Assembly: GCF_964204645.1 (NCBI RefSeq)
Contig: NC_134028.1
Location: forward strand, 27,090,345 to 27,154,344
Direction: 5' to 3'
Source of the DNA: Tubulanus polymorphus
Taxonomy: Eukaryota; Animalia; Nemertea
Length of the DNA stretch: 64,000 bases
Shown here piece by piece: positions 1 to 15,000 of the stretch (positions are counted from its first letter, which is position 1; every line of letters begins with the position of its first letter). The notes below the pieces were generated by a model. The model ran no database searches. It was not told the origin of the DNA and was given only the letters and a program-made list of their open reading frames with translations. The position numbers were made by a program, and so were the translations under genes.

Positions 1-3000
1 ATACAACGTTAAATTGAAACCATTATTCTCAAAACCAGATGGGAAAATACTGCGTCTGGAGAACTGTGGATCTTGATCTGTATTAAAATGATTATATATC
101 TCACGTAAATATTTCACAGATTCCTGACAAACAGGTTCCCGATTATCTATCAACTTATCTGGTATTACGCACACGTATCACCGGAGTCTATAGTTGCACG
201 GTCACGACTTGTGGTATAAATCTTAAGACTTGATTACAAAAGTGTCCTTAGACCATAAGAATGAAGTTGTTGTATTAGTTACGTAACAAAGATGATCTCA
301 GACTGGTATCCGATTGGTTATAGAACCAGAATGAACTGAGACTGATTTCAGCTGTTAGATTGGTTATAGAACCAGAGACTTGCCTTAAGTTGTTAGATTG
401 GCCATAATGGAACCGAAATGAGCTTAGACTGATTTCATAGCCTTCAGTGCAACTGGCCCTAGATTATTTTGCAAGTTAATCAGGTCGTTCAGGCCGTTTA
501 TACTTACTCGCGTCAAACCAAGAGATATCTGTCAGTGATCCGGTAGAACTGTAACCGAATTCAAACTTCAAAGGTAAATCTACATCATACATCCCGGAGC
601 ATTCCATGTTGAATCTAGTTTCAAGAGCGGTTCCGTTTTCCGGTGTCACCGTACACGTCGTATTATCTACGTTCGGCGGAGCGTTAATCATTAACGGGTA
701 ATATATCAGAGCTAGAAAAATAATTACCGAAAATTGATAGAAAAAAATCATTTAATTTTCAGATGAAGCGGCATAATGAAACAATAGTATCCTGTAATCT
801 GTCCAGGTGCAATAGTGATATTCGAGAAAATTTTAAAAAAAACGAGATCAAAAGGATTTCTGTGAGATCCAACAGGAATTGAAGATAACTATATTAGGAT
901 ATATTCTCGTTTTGAAATAAACTACTAAAAACCCATAGAAACATTGAAGTCGCTGAATTCAGTGGTATACGCCCTTCGTTTTATAAAATTCGTTTTAGAT
1001 TTAATTTCTAAATCGTATTTTCTGGTTAAGTGTTTTATTACCGTTCGCCTCTTCAGCGCCTTCCCGGTAACAGTTCAAACGCAACATGAAATATCTATTG
1101 TAATCTTCAGCGATGAAGTAGTTTTCGTTGAGACTCAAATCAGCTCCGACGAGTCCAGTGCTTGCTTTATCGCTCCACAGAGATCGCGGTATCGTGAAGT
1201 TATCCGCGTAAAGATACGAGAAATCAGCGTCATAATGTAACAAATCCCACCTGTATAAAACCAGTTGAAATACGTAGATGATTTTAATGAACATGTTGAG
1301 GTAACTACAAACAGAACCTCGGATGAAACGTATGCAAAAAATCATTTCAATTAAACCGCGCGCATACGGACATTATTTCTGCAATGAGTATCCCAAATAT
1401 TGGTCGGACCGCCGGACCCGGCAACCTGTCCCTCGATTATTCGGAAATCAATTTTTACTACTTTCCAGTCCACTGCGGGTTTTCGTAGGTTGCCAACAGT
1501 TCACAATTTGTAAAACGGATATAGCGGCAATTAAACCTATTTCTTTCTATAATGGGTCTGGTGCAGATAAACCTCGACTATTAGACCCTCAGTTCGGATA
1601 AGGGTTAGAACACACACGCACACATATATTTACGGAATTGCCAAGTGAATGAAATTTAGTAGTGATTTTCAAGAGGTAATTTATCTTATTGGAATTATCC
1701 ACGCTTTCCGAAAGCTTTGATTTATCAATTCGTTTGACTCTCCACAGACGACACACTTACCCGTATATATAATTGATTCCACCGACGCGACCTTTGACGA
1801 CACTTCTCACAGAAAACCGACTAACTGGATTCAACTTTGTGATCATTTCTGATTTGTCTTCGAAACAGTTCGTCACGCATCTGATGTGGAAGAAAACTCG
1901 GTTGAAAAAGGGCAAATTAACGGCTGAGGTTGTCGATTATAAAATAAAGCCGGTTCCGATAATTCGTAGTTTGATCAACTCCTGATATCTTTATTTTTTT
2001 TTTGAATAATAAAATCTTTGATCTGTAGATAATGAAGTCTTTGTCTTTTCGAAGTTGGATCCAGTGATGGATCAAGAGATTGGTTGCGGGTATTGAACTA
2101 TATATACTTACGATAAACCGACTATTGGTGGTTTCCCCAGCATCACGTAAACCGACTGATTATAGCGAACTTGTCGATTGCCTTTTACAGCCACCATAAA
2201 GATATCGATGTATGATTTTTCGAATAGGAAACTCGTGTTCAGCCATAGATTATTATTGATTATTTCAAACGGTTTTAACGGATTCGAATAATCTCTTCTG
2301 AGTTCCCCTGAAAAAACAATGAAATATCGATCACAATGAGATATCAATTACCCCTACTTCTCTCAAATTCATGATTTCAGCGAGAGAATGTTGGTAAAAT
2401 ATTTCGATGAAGATGGAAGAAGTGGACTTAATGAGATCGAATAGTTACGAATCTGGAATATCTAGGTAGGTTTACAAAAGCGACACGAGAACAGCTGATG
2501 AAATATGACGCGAACGGAAATGGTCAGATATCGTTTGAGGAAACGAAACTTCGAGAGAAACTGAGAATGTGTTTGAAGTAGCATCAAATCATATCATTAG
2601 GTTCACCCAGTCCTGGCAACGGTTCACCCAGTCCTGGCAATGGTTCACCCAGTCCTGGCAATGTTCCACCCAGTCCTGGCAATGTTCCACCCAGTCCTGG
2701 CAATGTTCCACCCAGTCCTGGAAATGGTTGTCTCCACAGAGATCCCCGTCGCTGTGTACGATCCTGTGTAACCAACACTAATGTTCTCGGTGAAAGATTA
2801 GTCAGATCGAGACCGATGCATCAGCTATCGTTTCTAATACGTTTGAGTATAAATCTAAGATCTCAGATTTATGGAACTGCTTTGGTAACAAAACAAAACC
2901 GAACTCACCCGCGTAAGGAGCACCGGGAACACTCTCCTGTGAAAAACAGCCTCGGTTCCTCTTCCGTTCAATGCGTTTACATCTGTTAGTCGTGATATTC

Positions 3001-6000
3001 TCCGTATTTCTGTAACCGGAATCAAAAGTCGGCCAATCTTCGCACTGCATTTTACAGAACCAGCGAATCATTACACCGTCGTTCCAGTAATCGGGATCGA
3101 GATCTGGATCGTACGTTAGATCGGTAGCGGTGAAATTGAAATCACTAGCGAACGGAATCCGCTGATACGGACCGCCGTTAATCCCACCCGCGAGCGGTGA
3201 CGCAACGATCTTTATCTCCACGTGACCTTCTTTCCAAATTCCGGTTTCGTTGTCCATCGATACGTTCAATATAAAACGATATAAACCGTAATCTAACGCA
3301 CGTTTCGGTATGAATAAAGGCGCTGCCGTATCGGTATACAGACTGACGTTACGAGCTTCCAGTTGATCGGTAACGTTCACCCATAACCCGCTGTTTCTAT
3401 CGATGCCCTCAGCTCGCCAGGTAAAATGCCCGATACTAGTAGTCGTACAGTTATACCTCACGTCAGACAAGACGAGTAAATCTTCTGATTTATAATGAGT
3501 TTTAACCCCCGTGTTGAGTGTAGAGCTCGTGCACATTTTAGCGTCTGCGCAGCGGTTCGGGTTTCTCAGATCGACCCGTGGAAAGAAACACGGTCCTTTG
3601 GTAACGGTCAGCGGGTTTTCTGTTGTCTCGTTCGACACGTAATTTCTAGCCGTGGCCGCGATCGTGTAGAAAGCAACTTTATGGAAAATATTGTAGAATC
3701 CGATTTTACCACTGGCGCGCAAATCGGCGTCGGAGACCGTTTTAAAATTTTCGCCATCGATCGAATCAGCGGGGAACTGCGACCTACAAATTGTCATCGC
3801 ACTAGCGAAATAAAGAAATCTACCGAGAGTCGCATTTTCGGCAACGCAATCGATTTGATAACAAACATCTGTTCCAACTGAATCCACGACCAGTTCTATC
3901 GGGTACGTGAAATTACGAGGCATCGGATTTTCTATGAAGAATTCGATTTTTCCGGCTCGGTTGATTAAGACGATGTTTATACTCGTCGATTCGGCGTGCA
4001 GAGGATCAGAGGCGGTCATATTAACCGTATATGAATTAATCAGGGAATAATTATGAGTTATCGCCGATATCTCGTCTAACGACTGACGTGTATCGTCCCC
4101 GAATTCCCACGTGTAAACTAAATTATTCCCAGTAGAATGAGTGACTTTAAACAGTATCGTATTCTCCAGCGGGTATAGATTTTTATTTGGCCCGTGACCG
4201 GTCCGATTATCGCCACTCGCATCGATATAGAAAACCTCGATTGCCAGTGCTGTTATAGCTTTATACAATGTCGTCCGGAAGTTGAGGACCTCGTTAGAAA
4301 CGTGATTAGAGATGTTAACCGTGACGTCATAGGGTCCTTCTCGTTGGTAGTCGTGTCCGGGAAGACTGATACATTTCGTATGAGTTGTATTACCAGTTAT
4401 GACCCCGCTCGCGATACAGCTGAACGGCTGACTCGGATCTGTATTTCCATCGCCCCAGTTAATCGACCAAACGACGTTACTCGGTAGAGGTGTTCCACTG
4501 GTCAGCAGCAGGTCGATATATACAGTTTTCGAGGGTCCGTTAATAGGGAATTCAATAGCGGACAAACCGGTTAGAACCGCATTAGTGATAGGATGTTCAG
4601 TGTCGAGTGTATGGGGCAACGAGATGAAGGTCACGCCGAGACTATTGCTCAAGGTGGCGTTGATAGCAGACGATGATAAAACCTCGTTGTACACGTGACT
4701 GAGAGTGACGTTATTTCCGGTTGTTATTAGTGTATTGCTTTGAGTCCCGTCCGACCACAGAACCGTCAAATTAACTCGAGTTCCGGTATCGAAATATATT
4801 CTCAACTGTACACGTTCCCCGACTCGATAATACTGCTTATCGACCTCCAGACGCGCGCCTGTGATTGGTTCATCCGTGTCGATACTCGCAGTCAACACAG
4901 TCGAACTGACTTCGTTTAAAAGCGTCACGGTGACGTCATACGTACTGGCGTTTGTGTATGGGTGATTGACGACGAATTGGTTCGAGTTTAGAATCAACGA
5001 TTTCTCTTCGTCCGGACTTCCGTCGCCGTACGCGAAATAACACGTGACATTAGTGGGAATGTTCGAGGCGTCCCCGCTGTATCTCACAGTCAATACAGCC
5101 TGACCTACACCTGCAGTCATAGTAACTGGATCATTCGTCGATAGTTCCAATGAACTGATCGGATTTTGAACACCGATCGTCGAAATTAGAACCGCGCTCG
5201 AAAGTTTGTTTACCATAGTTACGTTCACGTAGAACATGCCTACATCATTGAACACGTGTTCGGTCACGTGAGTCTTATTGGCGACGAATGATAATCCGGT
5301 TGTAAGATTAGTAACTCCCGCATCTGCGTAATCAAAACTAATATTAACCTGCGATCCAAAATCCATGGTAACCACGAACACAACTTTCGATGTTTTGTTG
5401 ATGTATTTCTGTTGCGGGGAAACCACCGGGTTTAAGATGATAAAATCGATAATGATAACACGGGTAAATATTTGCGGGTTTGTTATATAGTTACTGATAG
5501 TCGCGTTACAGTTGTAGGGTCCGATACCTCCGTAATCAGGTCTGCTTATTTCAATATTTCCACTACGAGTCGAGTTGTAGTCGATTTTTGTTAGAGTCCG
5601 GTTCATCAGCGTCGCCTCGGCGACGATATCAGTTCCAGCAGCTGCCGAAAATACGACAAACCCGCTAAAACTGTGCCCTATTACATCGGGAAAATAGACG
5701 GACACATCTTGTAGCGGCTGCTGTACTCGAACCTCCGCCAGTCCAAAAACATCAGAGATTAGATTACTGGCGGTCAGTGTGACGTTGTAAGAACCAGTCG
5801 ATGTGTACGTGTGAGTGAATGTTCGAGTTTCACGGATTTCTGATGAGAAAATAAAAGAACATTAGAGGCCAGGGAATTTATAGACTATGAAAACTCGATC
5901 CAGGTTCAGAGTTAGCTCTTGGGTTTAAGTCCATAAAACTGGGGCTAGGAATTTTCATTAATGCAAAAAAACCTACAGTAAAGAGTCTAAACGTCTCTGC

Positions 6001-9000
6001 AGGAACTGTTCTGTTTCTCATTATAATAGCGGGTTTAATCCGCTCTATACTTACGTCCACAGCCCTGAAGCCCGATCCTAATCGAAGGCCTTGAGTTGAA
6101 CGATTGCGGATAAACGCGAAAATAACGCGCTGTGATTGGTTCAGTCAGATTCGTGTATAACAGTGTATTCGTGTTTAAGATAGTTGATTGGTCAACCTAC
6201 ATCGAGTTAAACATTATATTCACATAGAGCATACACTTTTAAAATTAAAATCTAATTAAGATTGTTCTTAGTTTTGTACAATGGTGACTGATTTGGGCAG
6301 AGCATTAAACACAACAATCCCGTACAATACGCCATGCTAAATACATATCGTTTCGTTTATGTGCCGCAAAAAACTGACGAAACCGAAATGACGGTGCAAA
6401 AATTAGCTTCTTCGTTTTTTATGTAATTTCTTGTGGCGGTTAAATTTACCATTAAAGTGTCATTCGTCCAAGAGACACCGTCTATACTGGATGATACGTT
6501 GAATGTTGTAACGCCTGATGCAGTATCAGTGGAGTCGACACCGCTGACTAATGTATACACCACGCTCAAACCTCGCAGTTGAATCTATTATATTCAAAGA
6601 TATTCGATAGAAAAAAAACACTCAATCATGAGGAAATTGGCCCGAGTCAAATTTGGCCCGAGTCTAATTTAAGAGCGCGTTCACACACGTTACTAAACAA
6701 TGCTCAAACAAAGCGAAATGATCGTCACTTCCAGAACATGTAGCAATTCACAAGCAACAATTCGACCCGTGCTAGAATTTGGTTCGGGCCAAGTTTGAAA
6801 TTTTCACGACTTAATTTAATCAAGATATATCGCAAGAATTAATTTTCGTAAGCGTTAACATTGATGCCCCAGATAAAAGGAATCGCGTTAATGCGCTGTT
6901 TATCACCTGAATATAATCTGTATAGATATCATTAGGAATCCATCCTCCCGCGGAGGTCAGCTTTATGTCTGTTGAATTTCCGGATGTCGAAGTAAAATAT
7001 TCAGTTTCTAGATCCTCAATCAGATCTGTCTTACATAAACTTTCTGAAACGAAAACCACATCACACCTTCCTCACATATTCGGGTAAAGTTTGTAAAATC
7101 CGAAGTAGGTTGTAAGATGCTGACAAGAAAAGCTTAGAAAGGAACAATGATGCAGTAGGACACCCGCCCTTACAGTGGCTGCCATGTGTGTCGGTTTTGA
7201 GAAAACCTTTTTACCTAACTAATCTTACCTTTAAGCAAATAAAGTGACGTTCCAGGTTTGTTATGCTCGAGTTTACTGGCCTCAAGTTCAGCGACACCAA
7301 CATCACGAAGCACACACTGAACGGAGTCAATAACAAATGATTTACACTGGAATTGCGAATAGGTCAAACAAGCTTTGGCGCAAACTTCAACATCAACTGT
7401 AAAACAAGTGAAGATACATGCAAAATGTTGTCTCAACATCTTAAGATGACGATTAGGATATAGTCGAAATATAGAATTTTAATAAACTACTAGCCAAGTA
7501 AATATTTCAAACTTCATTTGTATCATTATTGCGGGGTTCTATAGTATTGCGGGATAGATATAGGGCAATCTAAACGTGCATGATTTGAGCAACTACAGAA
7601 CCTGAATGTCAGCTAGAAATCAGCTGGAAATGAATAAATACCGGTATTAATAGAAGTCTGTTTCAGTGACTCAGTAATCGTTCTTCCTTGCGACACAGTA
7701 AAATACGACTGATGACTGTGAGTTTCATTAAACAATCCTAAAACACGATAAATGAAACAGATTTAGGCCTAATTGTTTTTAGATAAAGGAGATACGGAAG
7801 ATTTCAAAACGATTTTTTGTTTGACGTGAGCTTTCGGCGACGAATGGCAGATCCAGGACCGTGGATCCTGCAGGACCCATCCATTCCGGATTTAGAAGAG
7901 GGCACTTTATCCTACGGGGCCCGTCAGTAGTAATTGAGTGGCTTGGTTGCCCTTTAACTGCCAGAGTTCACCATTAATAGATAGACGCAGCAACAGGACT
8001 AATATATTAGTAAATAAGCTGCTGCTCGATATTCATGTTTGCTTTCAATGTTTTGCCATAGTTTGTCTAAACGGGTCTTAGATACATTTGTTGATGTCAC
8101 TAGCGAACTATAGACTCAAAATACCCCAGGCGGCTTACATGGGAGCTAGATTAGGCATATGATAACGATATACTTAAATAACTCTAACTAAAATCTATTC
8201 GTAGAACTTTTTATTGGCAGCTGACAGAAATCCAAAGGGGCGCTTTTGAGGAAAGGTAGGTAGGGGCACTGTTTTCAATCATCATTGGTTGGTGAGTTGG
8301 ACATTCTTACAACAATATTAACAGCATTTAGATCAAAACTTCAGAAATACGGATTCCACTATTCATATCTCGCCACTCTCCAGGTCGCTTACATACTGGA
8401 ACAGTGAAGCACTCCTCATACCTAATGGTTTTTCTAATGGAATGAAAGTACGCACCCAATCCTGCTTGAGTTTGAGAACCATCACCGAAATGAAGTTGAT
8501 AAATACCATCCGAACCTAGAAATATCAATTACAGATACTATCAAATAACATGCAGATTCCCAATAGGTAATGACGGTGTATATACATTAAAACATTGAAT
8601 TTCTGAATACGCCTTGACAATATAGATTTTGTTCACAAATACATTTTTCCTGTTCTATTTTCGATTTGAAAAAAAAGTATAATTCCGACACAACGATAGA
8701 TGTTTTAATTGTCTCTACCCTCAGTTCCAGATACGATGATAGTTGTCGCTTGTCCAAACAATGTCGCCGGTTGGTCGTTAACGTCAACTGACACGTGACT
8801 TATCGTGTCCTGTACAGTGAGATTTCTCTGAAAAAAATGTAAAAGGCGACAAGTTTACAAAATGCACCAGCCCAGTCGACAGTCAGGATTTCTGTTACAC
8901 CCAAGCGTCCAGTAGCTGGGTGTGTAAGCTATCATGTGTGGTGTATACCTTTTAAAATCATTCCCTTTCATACAGAGGGCGTTTTGAAATCGGACATTTT

Positions 9001-12000
9001 GACATTGCAGCATCTCTATTATCATAATTTGGCGAGGAAATACCACTTTAAAAAATGATACGCTTCTCATTTTGGTGGAATTTGACGATCTATATATTTC
9101 CTGAATCGACGGATTGCGGCGCACATTTTGTCCATAGGCCGTATATTTATTTGTTACCTAGTTACAGCAGCAACACTTGTGTTATATTTGCTTAGAAACA
9201 GCGATTTTTTATAAGATTATCATCCTAAAGATTATAGGCTCTAAAAGTAATGATTTAAGAGGTTTTTCATTATGTTGAAATTTAGACATACAAATTAATC
9301 GAATTTTTTCAGAATTGACAGAATATTCATTCATTTCGTATTTCTATCTTTTAGATGTTTTATCAATATTCTGTACACCTCATTCTGAATCGCAAACATC
9401 GTGTTTATATTTACCGTTATAGATTGTTGGTTTAACTCGTTCCGAGCGGTTACTGTTACCGTATAGAAACCGGGTAACAAGTACCGATATATATAAACCA
9501 GTTCGGTCGAATTCGCTTGATTTCCATCGCCGAAATCCCAGGAATAAACCGGACTGGTTCCCGGGTGCTCGGGTATCGTAAAATTAAAGTCCCAGTGAGT
9601 TCGACCTTGAATGAAGAAACATTTGAATCAGTCTGAGGTCCGAGTTTCCAGCTTCCGGTTCTTTGTCAAGATTTGACTTCAAGGTTAAAGCAATGGAAAT
9701 TAACTCATTTCAATTTCAATTTCAATTTTAAAGTCAAGCACAACTGTAGAACTGTGGGCTATATGCGCTATCACCCAGGGTTATCACAGCACACAACTCA
9801 ATATAATCAATGTAATTCCCTCACTCGATTTTTTCGAGAACATATATCCTGAATGACGTAGATAGTTAAGCGTCAAGGGTTCGAAACCAGTCTATTGCCA
9901 TTGGGGCTGATTCATAGCGGTCCTGATGATATTCAGTGGACCAAATTGACAGGTGTTAGTAAATGTCGGATACATTCGTCCTGTAGGATGTAATGGTCAC
10001 ACGGTCCATAATCTTCAAACTCTTAAGTTGTAATTCAGTTTAAGAGGAAGAAGTGAGTAAGAATTGGCGTCACGTGGCCTAGATACAGAACACAGGCATA
10101 CATACCTTTATCTTCACATAATAATGTGAAATTCGATATTTTCACAAGTATCTCAATTTTCATACTATCAGTAACTGTTTTATTTGTGATGACGTTGCTA
10201 GCATTTGCTGATACAGTGAAATTAGTTTCACCCAGCGCGGCCGCGTACCGATGTGTTATTTTCGTAATCGCTGGCCTCATCACGTAGAATTTGACGAAGA
10301 AGTCGAAGTTGTGTGACGTCATATCGGTCTGATTCACGATGTAGTTGGTCGTATTGCGGTCGATGTAAGCGGAATCGCCGGTATTCGGAGTGAATGCAGC
10401 TGTAGCGCTGTGAGATGTAGAAAACGTCGATATCTCCATGGTTGAACCGGCTCCGATCACCGGAACATCACCAGCCTGAATGTCTACAGTTCTAGGCATT
10501 GCGTAATAATATAAACCACTTTCATTCACCTCGAAGCTCCATCGATCAATAAATCTATAATTTGGCGGGTTACCGAGAGTTTGGTCGTCATGGGGCGCCA
10601 CTGTTCCATTTCCTTTAAAGACGCACGTTCGTAAACGGAAGGAATAAATAGTATCTCCGCTACAGCGGATTTTACCAGTCACAGGACGACATTGATTCGT
10701 GGAATTAATGCATCGATTTAAATGGACACAAAATTCGGCAGTTGCTTCTTGGCAATATGGACGATATAGCTATAAGGAGAAAAAGAGCCATTTTAGAGGT
10801 CTAGTGAAGGTTTATTAAACTAATTAAACTCCATCCGTTGCCCCTCACCTCGAAGGTGACGTTTCCCGCAGTCTTCAGGGTTACCTCAACAGCGACAACA
10901 CTTCCGTTATGGCGTAGGAAGTGGCTCTTCAGGAAGTGCATTGACGCACTAGCGACTGTTCCCGTTGGTCCGGCCGTAGACTGAACCGACCCCACCTCGT
11001 ACGGAAAAGAGTCTGAAAATTAACATAGGATATCCGCTCTATGGTCAAACTTATATAAGTTGCAAAAACATTACATAAGAGTTGTGTGGGTGGCGGATGC
11101 CAACGACACTAGATATTTAAGACCGTTACAGCAGTGATATATAGAGAGTGTAACAATCTCTATATATCACTACTGTGACGGTCTTAAAAATCTACAATGT
11201 TGGACAAAATAACCATGAATTCATAAATCTCTTGGCCAGTTTATAGACCGGTTAAAAACTATAACCGGATTATGTCGTTTTCTTCTCTTTATTTTCATCT
11301 CATGTGTATTTTTTCTCCCTCTCTTTTCTAGGGCTGCTTTCTTGAATAAACTAAATGTTGCTTCAAGGCAGTCTTTCATTTAATATTATTACATCTTTAA
11401 TGCATTTCCTTATTCATTAATTTTGTAAGAATTTTACTTGAAAATAAATCATATCATATCATAACTACCTCAAACTCAATTCATTGAATAAACCACAGTA
11501 CACGTACACGATTGGTCTACTTGAATACTACCGAATTCATTTACTAGGTTTTACTTAAATTCTGTTCACAAATGTTAAAAAACGAACATTGGAAAAGAAC
11601 AAATGTTTATTCTAGAGTTAAATCTAAACAAGAACTGTAAAACTGGGTCCTGTATTTTTACTTCATTCGTAACCTATAGGCCTACGCATAAACACGCATT
11701 TTTAAGTCCCTTTATCGAAAACGTATTTGGAAATTCAGTAACTTAATTCGTATCAGTAGAATTCCTAAAATTCTGTAAAATATCGGAGCCATCCTACATT
11801 CTGCAATTTTCCCTTACGCCACCCGGTAGCAATAAAACACGTCGATATTTGATTCCAATCATAATTCTAGATTCATTTGAATTGGAATTTATCATATAAT
11901 CGATTCCTATCCATATTTTTAATCTAAAAGAATCTATCAGCATTCATCGCGTATTTCGTAATTCAATTAATCAAATTCGTACACAAACTGTCAGTTCCTG

Positions 12001-15000
12001 ATGCTACCAAAGTGAACTTGATCCTGTGTACAAAACGAGCATAAATTACGAGCATGAAAAATTAAAATTCAATATAAACAGCGGCGTTGTGCAGTATGAA
12101 AATATAAAACAGCGACGAATTGACAGTAATCTAAATGTAATCTACGATTCTTCCATGTTTTATTCAAATGATATTGATCGTTTCTACGATAATATTATCT
12201 GTAGATGCATTAATGAAAAAGACAGTGCATTCTGAATTAAGATTAACCCTTTTCTCTCTACCTACCCGCCGGTGTAAATGGAAAATAGCGCCCGTCATCG
12301 AAATCAATATGAAGTCTTATATCCGTCCCTTGCTTCAGTTGAAATATACATTCGAAAGTTGCATTAAGTTCGACGAATCGCGGACAGATCACCTGCAAAT
12401 CTTTGATCGATGATTCGACTTGAACGACGGTTGACGCCGTGACTGGTTGTATCATTTCCGGGGTAGACGCTTTCACGGTTATACCCTTAGAACCACCTGA
12501 AAAAATACCCGTTATTTTCATAACTGTCATCTCAAAAAATAACTAGGGCTAAAATGAAATGATACATGATACATTGTTTCTCGTAATCGGTCGGGTCACT
12601 TTTGTAAACTGCAATGAAATTTGCAATCAGTTCATTTCTATAACTGCCGGGTTGGTTTATGGTTAGCTTGATCATGATTTAAAAAAAGTAATTGACAGGG
12701 TAGAAAAGTAGGCGGCCTGCCGGGTCAACTTTTAAGCTCAGCTGAAATGAGAAGGTATCAACTGTTTTAGCCTAAATTAAAAACTAAATGAATTAATCAT
12801 TGCAGCATTCTACCACCATACATAGCGCAACACGTTTAACAGGTAGCAGTGTCCTGCTGGTTATAATCTGGCTCTCAAGAAAGTTGATGCCCAAAAGTGG
12901 CCTCGGCAGCACGAAATGAAAGACTGCTGCAAAATTTCACAAAGCTGGAAAAAGTTAACAGGTGAAAATAAGGTTTAAGTGGTAGATTATCTATAGGAGT
13001 TCTCTAACGTCAAGTTCAAAGTGGTTTAAGCGGGTAAACGAGTTCAGTTAATCGACTCAGGAAGAGGCGTTGCGTTTCTGCATTAACTTCACTCACTATC
13101 CAAATGGCATAAGTATCATAATTTCAAATGAAGTCAGTTGTACTTCAAAGTACTATCTGTTTTTACGTTTGTCCATTTTTGATACCAGGTTTACACGGCA
13201 CATTTCAACCAATCATAAATTACCACAGAATGATCTGAATACTAAATTGGAGACTCCGAACTTTGTTTTATATGAATTGGTTTTTTACAGTTCAATATTT
13301 TGTAAATTTAGAATAAACCAAGCATCAAACGGACAAAACAGGAAATATCAAAGATTAACAAACAGCTTCACTCTCTATAACTCAGTCTGGTGATATCGAA
13401 CAAACTCTTAAAACGCCATTATTTAAATTACCTCTTGATCGAAACACGTGGGTTGTATGTGAATTGTTCGTTGTTGCTACGTAACCGTCGCCAAAATCGT
13501 ACGTATACGTAACATCGGCTCCTAGCGTTACGTTTACGTCAACGTAAACTGTCTCGACGAATGCTTCGATATTTGCACCTAGAATTTTAACGATTAGCGA
13601 TTTTTATTGTTATTACGCATGAGGAAGTTTTCATTGTTTACAGTTATCAGGCATTCGCGACATGGCTGACTTGCGGCCTTCTTAGTATCAATCCCCGATT
13701 CGTTTCGTAATTAAGCTGAATTTAAGGTTGAAAGGAAGATTATTTTTCCAAAATGAAACTAGCTGGAAAAATCAGGAAACTCGACGGGAAAAATTCGGTT
13801 TTCATTTCAGCAGGCCGAATATGAACTGAATGACCCATTACGACAATCCCTCAATAGTGCGAACATAGTATGAACATTTGACTATGGAAAGTGTCATAAA
13901 TGGATAGATCGCCATTACAGCATTAATTTGTTAATGGAAAGTACTGCAGGATAGGTCGCATATGCAAAATCCTATTCATTACAGGATATAATTGCCGTTG
14001 TAATACCAAAGACCAAACATAATGTGGGTCGAATTCAGTAAAATGATGACCATTTCTTCATTGATTAAGATTATGCTTAATGACGACTTCTTTATTCCTC
14101 AATAAAGACCCGTTATTCCGCATTGTATTCGATTGAAGAACTGGCTCTAGCGGTTAGAACATTTGAAATCTATCGAGTTCAACATAACCGATAACTAAAG
14201 GAACCGTGTCATGATCTGTAAAACTGGTTCAAGCTTTCGATAAGGACCGAAATGAAGCCGCACGCACCTGTCGCTGGTTGAGTTATCACCAGACCTTTGA
14301 CGACGTTAGGAGTTGTATAAACTGTGACGTAGTTTCCGCATGTTGAATTGTCGTCTGCGCAGAGTTGGGTACAGTTTTTATTCATTGATTCGATCAGCGT
14401 TGATACCTCTCCACACATACAAAAATCCCCTTCCAACGATGCGTGTCTAAAACGACATAATTGCAATTTATTCTCTGGCTAATACCGTATCCATTTTACA
14501 GATAAAATTCAATATTATCAGTTTTCTGATACCACTAAAAGTGTGTATTTGACTTATTCGAGGATCTGAAGGTGTATTATTTCAAACCCCTTGTAAGGGT
14601 TGAATGTACATAAATTAGCATATGGATAAAATATTATACACTTTTTTTCAACTTTTCCTTCTGTTTAGACGCAATGCTCGGATTATGCAATAATGGCCGT
14701 CACTTTTTGCATCAGTTTACTACGAATGTGACGCGTTGCGATGTCAGGTGCATTAGCTCATTCAGGCCTTCAGGTAGATTTATCAGATTTGGATTTCTTT
14801 AAGATGAAATCGTTTTAACAATAATCTCAGCGTTCAAAGAAAACATCCCTCAATCGATTCTATTTGCGCAGTTATCTATTGAAGATGGAAGTCCGAACTG
14901 CGAGTTTACCGGACCTGTTTACTGTTTCTCGCTTCGATGAAACCATGGATACTAATGCAAAACCAATAGCATATTTAAACATATTATTGACAATGGTTTC

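Noticed and set aside
8384-8455. Longer polycystin exon using the GTAAGC donor, which would create an in-frame TGA (possible selenocysteine)
   Set aside because: The upstream GTGCGT donor at 8455 gives an open frame, and no SECIS evidence is visible.
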